A stretch of DNA of 64,000 nucleotides from Candidatus Omnitrophota bacterium. GTDB taxonomy: Bacteria; Omnitrophota; Gorgyraeia; Zapsychrales; Fredricksoniimonadaceae. A program made the translations under genes and the position numbers. The notes beneath the pieces are model-generated. The model saw nothing but the letters and a program-made list of their open reading frames with translations. It did not search any database and was not told where the DNA came from. Shown here in pieces: positions 51,988 through 60,326 of this stretch. Within the stretch, counting starts at the first letter, position 1. Every line of letters begins with the position of its first letter. The stretch spans positions 206,114 to 270,113 of the forward strand of contig JBGAJA010000001.1 of assembly GCA_044225175.1 (NCBI GenBank), given 5' to 3'.

Positions 51988-52509
51988 ATGGAAACAGTAG
52001 GATTTTTTAACGGTGTATTAGGTGATGTATTTAAAACAGTAAGGCAAAGAATAGGAATTAAAGCTGATATTGATTTAGAAAAGATGAGGTTGATTGCAGA
52101 TAAAAAAGAAACACGTATTAAGGAATTAAAAGAGGCTCATAATATTTTGTTTGATCTGTCTAAGGAGTTCTCTCAGGACACTACTTATATCTTTTTTTCA
52201 TCAAAAATGAGCAGAGACCAATACAATAATCGATACCTAGATAAATGGACTGATCTCAATCGATTTATGGCCATAATAGCTACATACTTTCCCCAACTAA
52301 ATGATTTGGCGGAAAAGCTGGCTGGGAAGATAAATATTTATTGGGGTCAACAGCAGAATTTGTTATACCAAAAAGAAAAAGGTAGCGATCAGGTGGTTTG
52401 TATGGAAGTATTAAATAATGTTACTCAAGCAACGTTCAATATTGAAGAAACCATAAATTCTCTTAAGGTAGGTCTCAATAAAATATTAAATGAATTGAAA
52501 GAGGATTAG
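51988..52509 (+). CDS. Hypothetical protein
   Basis: 173 aa. RBS aaaagggagg. No domain recognised. Confidence 0.45.
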   Translation: METVGFFNGVLGDVFKTVRQRIGIKADIDLEKMRLIADKKETRIKELKEAHNILFDLSKEFSQDTTYIFFSSKMSRDQYNNRYLDKWTDLNRFMAIIATYFPQLNDLAEKLAGKINIYWGQQQNLLYQKEKGSDQVVCMEVLNNVTQATFNIEETINSLKVGLNKILNELKED

Positions 52510-52766
52510 TTTTAAATCTTTACCAACCGTTTTAATCAAATCCGCAGGTGGTTTGTCTCTGGTGCAGACAGGTTAGGCACATTCATTAGTTCAAGAGTTC
52601 GTATTCGTACGCTCCCGCATCCTTTCGATTGTTTTTTCGATTCTGTCATACGTATCAAGGACTACGCCCCACATAAAGCCTGTGAGGCTTGCAAGTGCTC
52701 CGCTCCGCTTCGCATCCTTGACACGTATGCCTTTAGATAATTAAAAAAATCGAAAGGAAACTCACT

Positions 52767-53285
52767 ATGCAAAACACACAAACAACACCAAAAATCTATG
52801 TAGCTTGTCTGGCAGCTTACAATAATGGTTTCTTACATGGTAAATGGATTGAAGCCAATCAGGAAGCAGAAGCTATCTATAAAGAGATACAAGAAATGTT
52901 AGCCAAAAGTCCTATAGCTGGTGCAGAAGAATGGGCTATCCATGATTATGAAGGCTTCATGGGTTTACAGTTATCAGAGTCTGAGGATATTGTTACTGTA
53001 GCAAGCATAGCGGTTATGTTAGAAAAGCATGGAGAAGCTTGGGCATTGTTTACGGAACATGATGGCATAGAATACGCCACAGAAGAGAGATTTGAAGAAG
53101 CGTATGAAGGTGAGTGGGATTCAGAAGAAGATTTTGCTGAAAATTTGGCTAGTGAGACTATGGAAATTCCGAAGCATTTAGAATTTTACATAGATTACGG
53201 GAAACTAGCCTATGATCTTTTCATTAACGATTATTTTTCTGCGGAAGGAAGTAGCCATAAGGTTCATGTATTTAGAAGGCTTTAA
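52767..53285 (+). CDS. ardA: Antirestriction protein ArdA
   Basis: KIYVACLAAYNNGFLHGKWIE...EEWAIHDYEGF and C-terminal LEFYIDYGKLAYDL are collinear with Tn916-type ArdA. Strongly acidic. Confidence 0.8.
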   Translation: MQNTQTTPKIYVACLAAYNNGFLHGKWIEANQEAEAIYKEIQEMLAKSPIAGAEEWAIHDYEGFMGLQLSESEDIVTVASIAVMLEKHGEAWALFTEHDGIEYATEERFEEAYEGEWDSEEDFAENLASETMEIPKHLEFYIDYGKLAYDLFINDYFSAEGSSHKVHVFRRL

Positions 53286-53386
53286 GCTATACGACCTAGA
53301 CATGTCGTAAAACTGTCTATTTTTTATTGAATTAGAAGTGGTAGTAAAAAATTTGACAGCAACATATAAAAGAGTATACTTAAAAC

Positions 53387-53767
53387 ATGAATAAGATTTT
53401 TACATCTTTTCTTGTTACATCCTTTCTTGCGACTTCTTTTCTTTGTTCTTGCGTAGGTAGTGCAGAGACTTTTTTAGATTCAGATGTTCATCATGATGAA
53501 TCAGACTGTCATTCCCATCAAGATAAAAGCGATCATTCATCTAAAAAAGATTGTGATTGCTGTGCGACTAAAATAATCAATGCCGATATTACTGCTAAAA
53601 ATGTTTTGGCAGTGCCTGGCAGTCTTTCTCAACAATCGTTTATTTTTAGTAGTACTTTTTTGAATAGAAATATTGATCTAAAGCAAAATCTTTCTTATGC
53701 CCATGGCCCTCCAGGGTCTGTAAGTCTAGTTCCTCTGTATATCCAATTCCACAGCCTTCGTATTTAA
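53387..53767 (+). CDS. Secreted or lipoprotein-like Cys/His/Asp-rich protein (putative metal-binding)
   Basis: Signal peptide ...FLCSC. HHDESDCHSHQDKSDHSSKKDCDCC cluster. Confidence 0.5.
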   Translation: MNKIFTSFLVTSFLATSFLCSCVGSAETFLDSDVHHDESDCHSHQDKSDHSSKKDCDCCATKIINADITAKNVLAVPGSLSQQSFIFSSTFLNRNIDLKQNLSYAHGPPGSVSLVPLYIQFHSLRI

Positions 53768-53840
53768 TCTTTTCTTCTTAAAATAGTGTCCTTTTCTATA
53801 AAGGGACGCAGTGTCTTTTTTTATTTTTAAGGAGGAAATT

Positions 53841-54221
53841 ATGAAATTATTATTTACTGTTATTTACATATTTTTGATTGGCACTGTTTCTGTTAATGCT
53901 TCTAGTAAAGTTAAAGAACACATGGCCATACATAAAATTCAATTTAATTCTAAATCTGATCGCATTAAATCATTTCATATGGAAGATGACGGCCAATTTA
54001 TTCATTTAAGCGGAATAATATCTAAAAGGCTGGGAGTGCCTTTTAGTAATTACTCCATTAAGACTGTTTGTGTTGATCAGAACGATAAAATTATTGATAA
54101 AGACAGCACACGTATAAGCGGAAGTTCAAGTTTTCTGCGTGGAAGAACAACGGCAAATTTTTATACAAGGATAAAGGATCATCAAGAAATAACAAAATGT
54201 GACATTAATGTTAGCGGTTAA
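53841..54221 (+). CDS. Secreted hypothetical protein
   Basis: RBS aaggagg. Signal peptide MKLLFTVIYIFLIGTVSVNA. Start trimmed from the ORF-tracker ORF. Confidence 0.45.
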   Translation: MKLLFTVIYIFLIGTVSVNASSKVKEHMAIHKIQFNSKSDRIKSFHMEDDGQFIHLSGIISKRLGVPFSNYSIKTVCVDQNDKIIDKDSTRISGSSSFLRGRTTANFYTRIKDHQEITKCDINVSG

Positions 54222-54235
54222 AAGGAGAAATCATT

Positions 54236-55630
54236 ATGCGAAATAAAGTTTTGATTGCCATCTGGTTATTAGCGCCAGGATTGGTATGGGCAGGAGACAA
54301 GGAGTCGGTATCTTCAGGGAATATGAAGAATTTATCTGAAGTGCAGCACATCGTTAAAGATAGAAGTGCCTACTCTATTAAAGAACAACCTTTAAGCGTG
54401 AAGGGGCCCCTAGATGAAGAGCAGGCCATTAGTTTATCTTTAAACAATAATTTAGTGCTTAAAGCATTATTTGAGAGATACGCAGTAGATAGGGCTGATA
54501 TCATAGGAGAAAGTTTATTAAAAAATCCTAAATTTTCTTATTCATCTAGAAAATCCAATGAGCCAGACACCAAAAGGGATACGGAATGGCAAATTAAAGT
54601 TGATGCTTTGGATTTATTATTGTGGCCTTTAAAGAAACAAGCACAACATCGTCAGATTAAATCCGCTGAATTTATGGTGGCTTCCAAGGTTTTGGATTTT
54701 ATCAAAGAGGTAAAAGTAAATTTTTATCATCTACAAGAAGCGCAGGCAGTAATGGATTCTTATGAAGATGATATGCAAGCCCAGCAGACCATCTTAGATT
54801 TAGCCAAAGGAATGTATGGAGCAGGAAACAGCAATATTCTTCAATGGCAAAAAGCACAGGTCGTATTTCATGAATCAAAATTAGGCTACTTAGATGCGAA
54901 ACGTGATTTAGCTATAGCTAGAGAAAATTTAAACTTGCTCTTAGGTTTACCTAAGGGGGAAGATGATTGGAAAATAAATAGCCAATTTAAAGATATTGCT
55001 TTTAGTGAACCTGAATTAACAAAACTTAATCAGATGGCACAAGAGAACCGTCTGGAAATTATTATTGCTAAAGCCCAGATTGGTATTTTAAGCAATAAGC
55101 TGACCATGGCTCGGGCTGGACTTTTGCCGTCATTCGAAGTCGGTTATGATCAAGAACGTGAAGCTAGTGGCAATAAACTCAAAGGCATGGTGTTGGAAAC
55201 GGACGTACCAATTTTTAATTTTAATCAAGCAGGAATGTTACGGTATGAATCACTTTTAAGCGAATCAAAGATTAACGTACCAGCAGTAGAAGCCTTGGTA
55301 ACTAAAGAAGTTAATGTGGCTTATCAGGAGTTAATTACAGCAAGGGCTAAAGTTGAAAATCTTCAAGAAGTCTTACCGCTCTATCAGCAAATGACTAGAG
55401 AGACGCTGTATCATTACAATTTTATGTTAAAAGATGTTTTTTCTGTGTTAGAAGCCAAAAGTGTACAGTTAAAAGCAAAGTCAGAATTTGCTAAAGCTAT
55501 GAGTGAATATTGGCAGGCACGGACTGAATTAGAACATGCGGTGGGGCATACTTTGTCATATACACCCTTAGTTCAAAAAACAGTTGAAGAACAAAAGACT
55601 AACGAAGCTGAACATCATCATGGAGGCTAA
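54236..55630 (+). CDS. Outer-membrane efflux protein (TolC/CusC family) with His-rich C-terminus
   Basis: Signal peptide. Two-repeat OEP-like helical/β pattern. Ends ...EAEHHHGG. Confidence 0.65.
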   Translation: MRNKVLIAIWLLAPGLVWAGDKESVSSGNMKNLSEVQHIVKDRSAYSIKEQPLSVKGPLDEEQAISLSLNNNLVLKALFERYAVDRADIIGESLLKNPKFSYSSRKSNEPDTKRDTEWQIKVDALDLLLWPLKKQAQHRQIKSAEFMVASKVLDFIKEVKVNFYHLQEAQAVMDSYEDDMQAQQTILDLAKGMYGAGNSNILQWQKAQVVFHESKLGYLDAKRDLAIARENLNLLLGLPKGEDDWKINSQFKDIAFSEPELTKLNQMAQENRLEIIIAKAQIGILSNKLTMARAGLLPSFEVGYDQEREASGNKLKGMVLETDVPIFNFNQAGMLRYESLLSESKINVPAVEALVTKEVNVAYQELITARAKVENLQEVLPLYQQMTRETLYHYNFMLKDVFSVLEAKSVQLKAKSEFAKAMSEYWQARTELEHAVGHTLSYTPLVQKTVEEQKTNEAEHHHGG

Positions 55631-55631
55631 T

Positions 55632-56834
55632 ATGTTTAAGTGTTTAATAATGTTTTTAATGCTTATAGTTTCATCAAGTAGTACATCATGGGCGCAGCCA
55701 TTGTCCTATACTCCTGTCATCACGCCTAATGGCAGTACAATGCCGTGGACATTGGCCAAGGATGGAGTTAAAGAGTTTCATATCACCGTTGGAGCATGTC
55801 AACATGAAATAGCACCTGGTATGACTATCAATGCCTGGTGTTATAACGGTCAAACGCCAGGGCCAACGATTGAAGTCGTTGAAGGAGATAGAGTAAGAAT
55901 TTTTGTTAAGAATGAACTACAAGAAGGTACGGCTGTTCATTGGCATGGAGTATTCTTGCCCAACGGTATGGATGGTGTTTCAGGTTTGACACAAAAATCC
56001 ATAGAACCAGGACAGACGTTCAAATATGAATTTACCTTAAAACAGCACGGAACGTTTATGTATCATTCCCACGGCGATGAAATGACACAAATGGGCTTAG
56101 GTACTATGGGCTTCTTTATTGTTCATGCTAAAGATGAACCCAAGGTTGATCGTGATTTTGCAATTTTCTTAAATGAATGGTTTGTTGAGCCAGGCACAAA
56201 AACACCCAATCCGAATATTATGACGGACTTTAATATTTTTACTTTCAATAGCCGAGCATTTCCTGGAACAGCTCCTTTGGTCGCTAAAACTGGAGATAGG
56301 ATAAGAATTCGTATAGGTAATGTTGGTCAAGAATCTCACCCTATTCATTTGCATGGGTATGCTTTTAAAGTAGTCGCAACTGATGGGGGAGATATTCCAC
56401 AATCAGCCCAATATCCAGAAACAACGGTTGTAACCTTTCCTGGTCAGACACGCACAGTTGAATTTGTCGCCAATGCTCCTGGTGATTGGGCACTGCATTG
56501 TCATCGTAGACATCATCCGATGAATGCCATGGGGCATGATGCAGCCAATGTACTAGGGGTTAATCAAGATAGCGTTAAAGATACTATCCGTAAACTTGTT
56601 CCTGGGTATATGCCGATGGGAGAAAACGGTATGGATGAGATGAACTACATGCAAATGAAAGGCCCAGCAAATACTCTGCCTATGATGGGTGGTCAAGGTC
56701 AATTTGGCCCCACAGGCATGGGAGGCATGTTCACAGTCTTTAAAGTTAGGGATAATCTTAAAGATTATGATAACCCTGGAGAATATCCTCATCCAGCGGG
56801 AACAGTTGCAAGTGTAATCGAAGATAAAAAATAA
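55632..56834 (+). CDS. Multicopper oxidase with Met-rich C-terminal region
   Basis: Copper-site motifs HWHG, HPIHLHG, HCHRRHHPMNAMG. C-terminal MPMGENGMDEMNYMQMKG...MMGG. Signal peptide. Start at the ATG after ggagg. Confidence 0.8.
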   Translation: MFKCLIMFLMLIVSSSSTSWAQPLSYTPVITPNGSTMPWTLAKDGVKEFHITVGACQHEIAPGMTINAWCYNGQTPGPTIEVVEGDRVRIFVKNELQEGTAVHWHGVFLPNGMDGVSGLTQKSIEPGQTFKYEFTLKQHGTFMYHSHGDEMTQMGLGTMGFFIVHAKDEPKVDRDFAIFLNEWFVEPGTKTPNPNIMTDFNIFTFNSRAFPGTAPLVAKTGDRIRIRIGNVGQESHPIHLHGYAFKVVATDGGDIPQSAQYPETTVVTFPGQTRTVEFVANAPGDWALHCHRRHHPMNAMGHDAANVLGVNQDSVKDTIRKLVPGYMPMGENGMDEMNYMQMKGPANTLPMMGGQGQFGPTGMGGMFTVFKVRDNLKDYDNPGEYPHPAGTVASVIEDKK

Positions 56835-56859
56835 CAATCATCAAAGAAAGGAAATACGT

Positions 56860-57204
56860 ATGAAAAATAGAACCATAACAATATTAGTTGCAGGTAGTAT
56901 TTTGATGTTAGGAGGCTATTCTTTTGCTCAAGAAGCAGATCATGGCCAGGTTATCAGTGATAAGCAGGCTATGGAAGATATTGCTGCAAAGAAGGCTGTA
57001 GAAGTTGGCAATACAATTTGTCCTGTAAGTAAAGAAGAGATTCCTGCACCGGGTAAAGAAGGCCCAATGGGCGGGGCTATTAAATATGAATACAATGGTA
57101 AGATTTATAATCTATGCTGCAAGATGTGTGTAAAGGATTTTAAAAAAGATCCTGAGAAATATAGCAAAATTGCAGAAGATCAAGCTAAAACTGTCCAGAA
57201 ATAA
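56860..57204 (+). CDS. Periplasmic YHS/TRASH-domain metal-binding protein
   Basis: Signal peptide. ICPVSKEEI...YEYNGKIYNLCCKMCVKDFKKDPEKY matches the YHS pattern. Confidence 0.6.
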   Translation: MKNRTITILVAGSILMLGGYSFAQEADHGQVISDKQAMEDIAAKKAVEVGNTICPVSKEEIPAPGKEGPMGGAIKYEYNGKIYNLCCKMCVKDFKKDPEKYSKIAEDQAKTVQK

Positions 57205-57264
57205 TTGTTAGTTGATTAGCGGGTGGGAAAATTTGATTCCCACTCGCTATCTAAAGGAGAATTT

Positions 57265-57690
57265 ATGTTGGAACAACTGTTTCCCATACATCCCAAGCTT
57301 GTGCATTTTCCTATTGCTTTATTTATGACTGCATTTGCTTTGGATAGTTTAAGCTGGATTTTTCGTAAGGAACATTTACATAACACAGCAATAGTTATTT
57401 ATGTATTTGCGGCGTTATTCACTCCTCTAGTTGTCTGGACAGGGTTGTTTGAGCAACAGAGACTTCATTTGAATCATCCTGTCCTTAATCAACATAAATT
57501 ATACGCTTTTGGGACGATGTGGATTTCTTTAGCTTCATTACCTGTTTTATGGTTTTTGAAAAAGTTTTTTTCTAGAAATTTTAGAATAATATTTACATTG
57601 CTGCTTTTAAGTTTGGCAATACTGGTTACAGTTACAGGGCATTTTGGTGGACGTATGGTTTATGAATATGGAGCAGGAGTACAGAATTAA
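57265..57690 (+). CDS. Membrane protein (DUF2231-like, four transmembrane helices)
   Basis: Hydrophobic helices. Start trimmed to MLEQLF. Confidence 0.45.
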   Translation: MLEQLFPIHPKLVHFPIALFMTAFALDSLSWIFRKEHLHNTAIVIYVFAALFTPLVVWTGLFEQQRLHLNHPVLNQHKLYAFGTMWISLASLPVLWFLKKFFSRNFRIIFTLLLLSLAILVTVTGHFGGRMVYEYGAGVQN

Positions 57691-57710
57691 GATAGACTGA
57701 AATTATTCTC

Positions 57711-57742
57711 TTGACTCTCCACCATACTGGAAGGTGTATAGT
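57711..57742 (+). promoter_or_regulatory. MerR-type promoter: TTGACT, 20 nt spacer, TATAGT, with a GGAAGGT half-site in the spacer
   Basis: ttgactctccaccatactggaaggtgtatagt. The over-long spacer is typical of MerR/CueR-controlled promoters. It sits upstream of the MerR-family gene. Confidence 0.5.
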
Positions 57743-57768
57743 TTTATTAGATAACAAGGGAGATAAAA

Positions 57769-58167
57769 ATGTTTATCGGTGAACTCAGTAAAGAGACAGG
57801 TATTCCAGTTAAGACAATACGGTATTACGAAGAGTTTGGGCTTTTACATAAGCCGAAAAGATCAGTGTCTCAATACCGTATTTATAATCATAAAGACCTT
57901 GAAAAACTTTTATTTATCAAGAAGTCTAAAGATTTGGGGCTAACCTTAGCTGAAATAAAAAAAATCATCAAACGTAGCAGTAGTGGAGTTGAGGCAACGT
58001 GTTGTTTAGTCCATGAAGTTTTTGAAGAAAAAATAGCTGATTGTGAACAAAGAATCAAAGAATTAAAAGAAACTAAGAAGCGCTTAAGCGAACGGCTTCA
58101 CCATTGGATAACAACCAGTGAAGCTAAGAAATTAAAATTTACAATTTGTCCTCAAATTGATAAGTAA
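57769..58167 (+). CDS. MerR-family metal-responsive transcriptional regulator (CueR-like)
   Basis: N-terminal MFIGELSKETGIPVKTIRYYEEFGLL HTH, dimerisation coiled coil, C-terminal Cys-containing tail. Confidence 0.75.
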   Translation: MFIGELSKETGIPVKTIRYYEEFGLLHKPKRSVSQYRIYNHKDLEKLLFIKKSKDLGLTLAEIKKIIKRSSSGVEATCCLVHEVFEEKIADCEQRIKELKETKKRLSERLHHWITTSEAKKLKFTICPQIDK

Positions 58168-58313
58168 GATGGTTCAAATGAGGCTAACAGTATTTAAAAT
58201 TAAGTAGTTTTACTTAGATTTGCGAGTATGTTTCCGTACAGTATTTTTTTGTCTGTAGTGTTATTTTAGTTAAATAAAAATTTAAGGGTAATCTTTTATA
58301 AGGAGGTGGTTTT

Positions 58314-58964
58314 ATGCATGGAGATGAATTAGGGAGTTATGCCTATGGTATGTGGCCTGTGGTAATTTTTAACATACTTATTTTTTCTTTTTTTATCATT
58401 AGTTTTGTTAAGCCTCAAGGCAAAGTCGAATGGGCTTCTATGGGTGCTTTCATAGGATTTATCGTCGCTTTATTTACAGAAATGTACGGCTTTCCGTTGA
58501 CGATTTATCTCTTGTCAACCTGGATGGGGAAATCATATCCAGTTTTAAATCCATTTTCTCATAATCATGGTCATTTATGGCTGGTTTTGTTGGGGTTGGC
58601 TGATTCTGCATGGGCGATGACTCTTCTACATATAGTGAGCAATGGCATGATTCTTATCGGTTTTTATATAATTCAGAAGGGCTGGGTGCTTATCCATGCC
58701 GCAGCCGGCAAACGTTTGGTAACAGAAGGTATTTATGCTCATATACGACATCCTCAATATAGTGGGATGTTTTTGATAACCTTAGGTTTTCTTTTGCAAT
58801 GGCCTTCGATATTAAGTCTGGTGATGTGGCCTATTTTGATGTTCGCCTATTATCGTCTGGCTATGAAGGAAGAAAAAGACGTTCAGAAAATATTCGGGAA
58901 ACAATATGAGGAATACAGGAAGACAGTTCCTGCATTTATTCCTAAATGGGGAGGTACAAAATGA
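58314..58964 (+). CDS. Isoprenylcysteine carboxyl methyltransferase (ICMT/PEMT)-family membrane methyltransferase
   Basis: LVTEGIYAHIRHPQYSGMFL... is the family signature. Confidence 0.65.
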   Translation: MHGDELGSYAYGMWPVVIFNILIFSFFIISFVKPQGKVEWASMGAFIGFIVALFTEMYGFPLTIYLLSTWMGKSYPVLNPFSHNHGHLWLVLLGLADSAWAMTLLHIVSNGMILIGFYIIQKGWVLIHAAAGKRLVTEGIYAHIRHPQYSGMFLITLGFLLQWPSILSLVMWPILMFAYYRLAMKEEKDVQKIFGKQYEEYRKTVPAFIPKWGGTK

Positions 58965-59113
58965 CAAATACAATGTTTATTCTTATTGTGTTTATAGTTC
59001 TAATTGCTTTCATGATGATGAGAAAAGGCGGTGGAGGTTGTTGCGGTGGTCATCATGATGAAAAATCTGAAACAGATAAAAAAGAGGATGATAGGAAGCA
59101 CGGGTGTCATTAA
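58961..59113 (+). CDS. Small membrane peptide (50 aa) with GGGGCCGGHH and C-terminal HGCH motifs
   Basis: Not in the ORF track (under 60 aa). ATG overlaps the upstream stop (ATGA). One transmembrane helix then the Cys/His tail. Confidence 0.5.
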   Translation: MTNTMFILIVFIVLIAFMMMRKGGGGCCGGHHDEKSETDKKEDDRKHGCH

Positions 59114-59157
59114 CGGGAATTATCTAAAGATTGTAAAACTTGGAAAGGAGGATTGAA

Positions 59158-59409
59158 ATGAAAAATCATAATCATGGTTTATGGATGATGCTCTGTTGCA
59201 TTTTGCCTTTATTGGCAATTTTTCTGTTGCCGGGCTTTGGAGCTAGGGGTAATTCTTCAATTCTATTCTTTGTCATTATGATGTTTGCTTGTCATTTTAT
59301 GATGATGGGTGGTCATCAGCATGGTGAAGAGAATACTGACAATAAGACAGAGAATGAAGAAGATAAAAATAAAGAACACAAGGAAGGGGGTCATCATGGG
59401 TGTCATTAA
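59158..59409 (+). CDS. Small membrane protein with CC and C-terminal GGHHGCH motif, paralogous tail to the 58961 peptide
   Basis: RBS aaaggagg. MKNHNHGLWMMLCCILPLL... ending ...GGHHGCH. Confidence 0.55.
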   Translation: MKNHNHGLWMMLCCILPLLAIFLLPGFGARGNSSILFFVIMMFACHFMMMGGHQHGEENTDNKTENEEDKNKEHKEGGHHGCH

Positions 59410-59686
59410 TATTAAAAGATTCGGACTAGCGGTTGGTTTAACTCTGGTTTTTTTACGTCTGGGGTGCATCATTGTGTTTTTAATGACAACTAGGGAACAG
59501 GCAGTAGTTTTTTTTAATACTCTTTTGCATGGGATCGATGTTAGTTCGATATTAAAGACTGAAATGTCTGTCTTAGAGATGGTATTTGGACTGATTCAGA
59601 TATTTATTTTAGGGTGGTTAACAGGAGCAACAATAGCTAGTATTTATAACTTTAGTTTTAATAAAAAGAAAGGGTGTTGCATATGA
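59396..59686 (+). CDS. Small membrane protein ending in KKKGCCI
   Basis: ATG at 59396 preceded by ggaaggggg. Three hydrophobic segments. I rejected the ORF tracker's N-terminal extension at 59309, which overlaps the upstream gene. Confidence 0.4.
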   Translation: MGVINIKRFGLAVGLTLVFLRLGCIIVFLMTTREQAVVFFNTLLHGIDVSSILKTEMSVLEMVFGLIQIFILGWLTGATIASIYNFSFNKKKGCCI

Positions 59687-59820
59687 AAAACAATATTATA
59701 GGTATCATAGTATTTGCTATTTTAATAGTCTCAGGATTAGCCTTTGCTCATACGATGGGAATGGGTGGCGGTTGTTGCGGTGGTGCTCATCATACCTGTA
59801 GTCTGCATCACGCTCAGTAA
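59683..59820 (+). CDS. Small membrane peptide (45 aa) with MGMGGGCCGGAHH motif
   Basis: Not in the ORF track. One transmembrane helix plus a GGGCCGG.HH tail like the 58961 peptide. Confidence 0.5.
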   Translation: MKNNIIGIIVFAILIVSGLAFAHTMGMGGGCCGGAHHTCSLHHAQ

Positions 59821-59886
59821 TAAGAAAATGATAATGTATAATAGACAACAAATGAAGCTGTTGTTAACTAGAGAAAGGTAAAGTTT

Positions 59887-60309
59887 ATGAAAAACAGTAT
59901 CGCAGTATTCACAGCAATTGTAGTTTTAACCGTTTCAGGATTGGCCTTAGCCCAAATGAATGATAAGGGCAAAGAAATGATGGGGGACAAAACAGGAATG
60001 ATGGAGGGTAAAGGCGGCATGATGGGAATGATGGGTGGTAAAGGGATGATGGGTATGATGGGAATGTGTCAGTCCATGATGAACAAACCGTCTGTGGTTG
60101 CGGTTGGTGATGGAGTGGTTGTTTTATCAGGTAAAAAACTCTATAAATATGATGCCAATCTCAATTTAATTAAAGAAGCTGATGTTAAGGTGGAAGAGAT
60201 GGGAATGATGGGTGGGGATATGATGGGCAAAGGTAAGATGGATGCTGATGATAAAGAATCAGCAGAAGAGGCGGCTAAACATGCATCACATCATCCAGAA
60301 CAAAAATAG
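59887..60309 (+). CDS. Periplasmic methionine-rich copper-binding protein
   Basis: Signal peptide, then repeated [10 protein letters not shown] motifs and a His-rich C-terminus. Confidence 0.7.
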   Translation: MKNSIAVFTAIVVLTVSGLALAQMNDKGKEMMGDKTGMMEGKGGMMGMMGGKGMMGMMGMCQSMMNKPSVVAVGDGVVVLSGKKLYKYDANLNLIKEADVKVEEMGMMGGDMMGKGKMDADDKESAEEAAKHASHHPEQK

Positions 60310-60326
60310 TCAAAGAGGGCTTATTT

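Noticed and set aside
51818-52000. 60-aa ORF across the hairpin-rich intergenic region
   Set aside because: No RBS. The sequence is dominated by inverted repeats, and it overlaps the start of 51988..52509 in another frame. More likely non-coding structure.
59309-59395. Upstream part of ORF 59309..59686
   Set aside because: Out-of-frame overlap with the well-supported small protein 59158..59409. The ATG with a GGAGG-like RBS at 59396 is the more plausible start.
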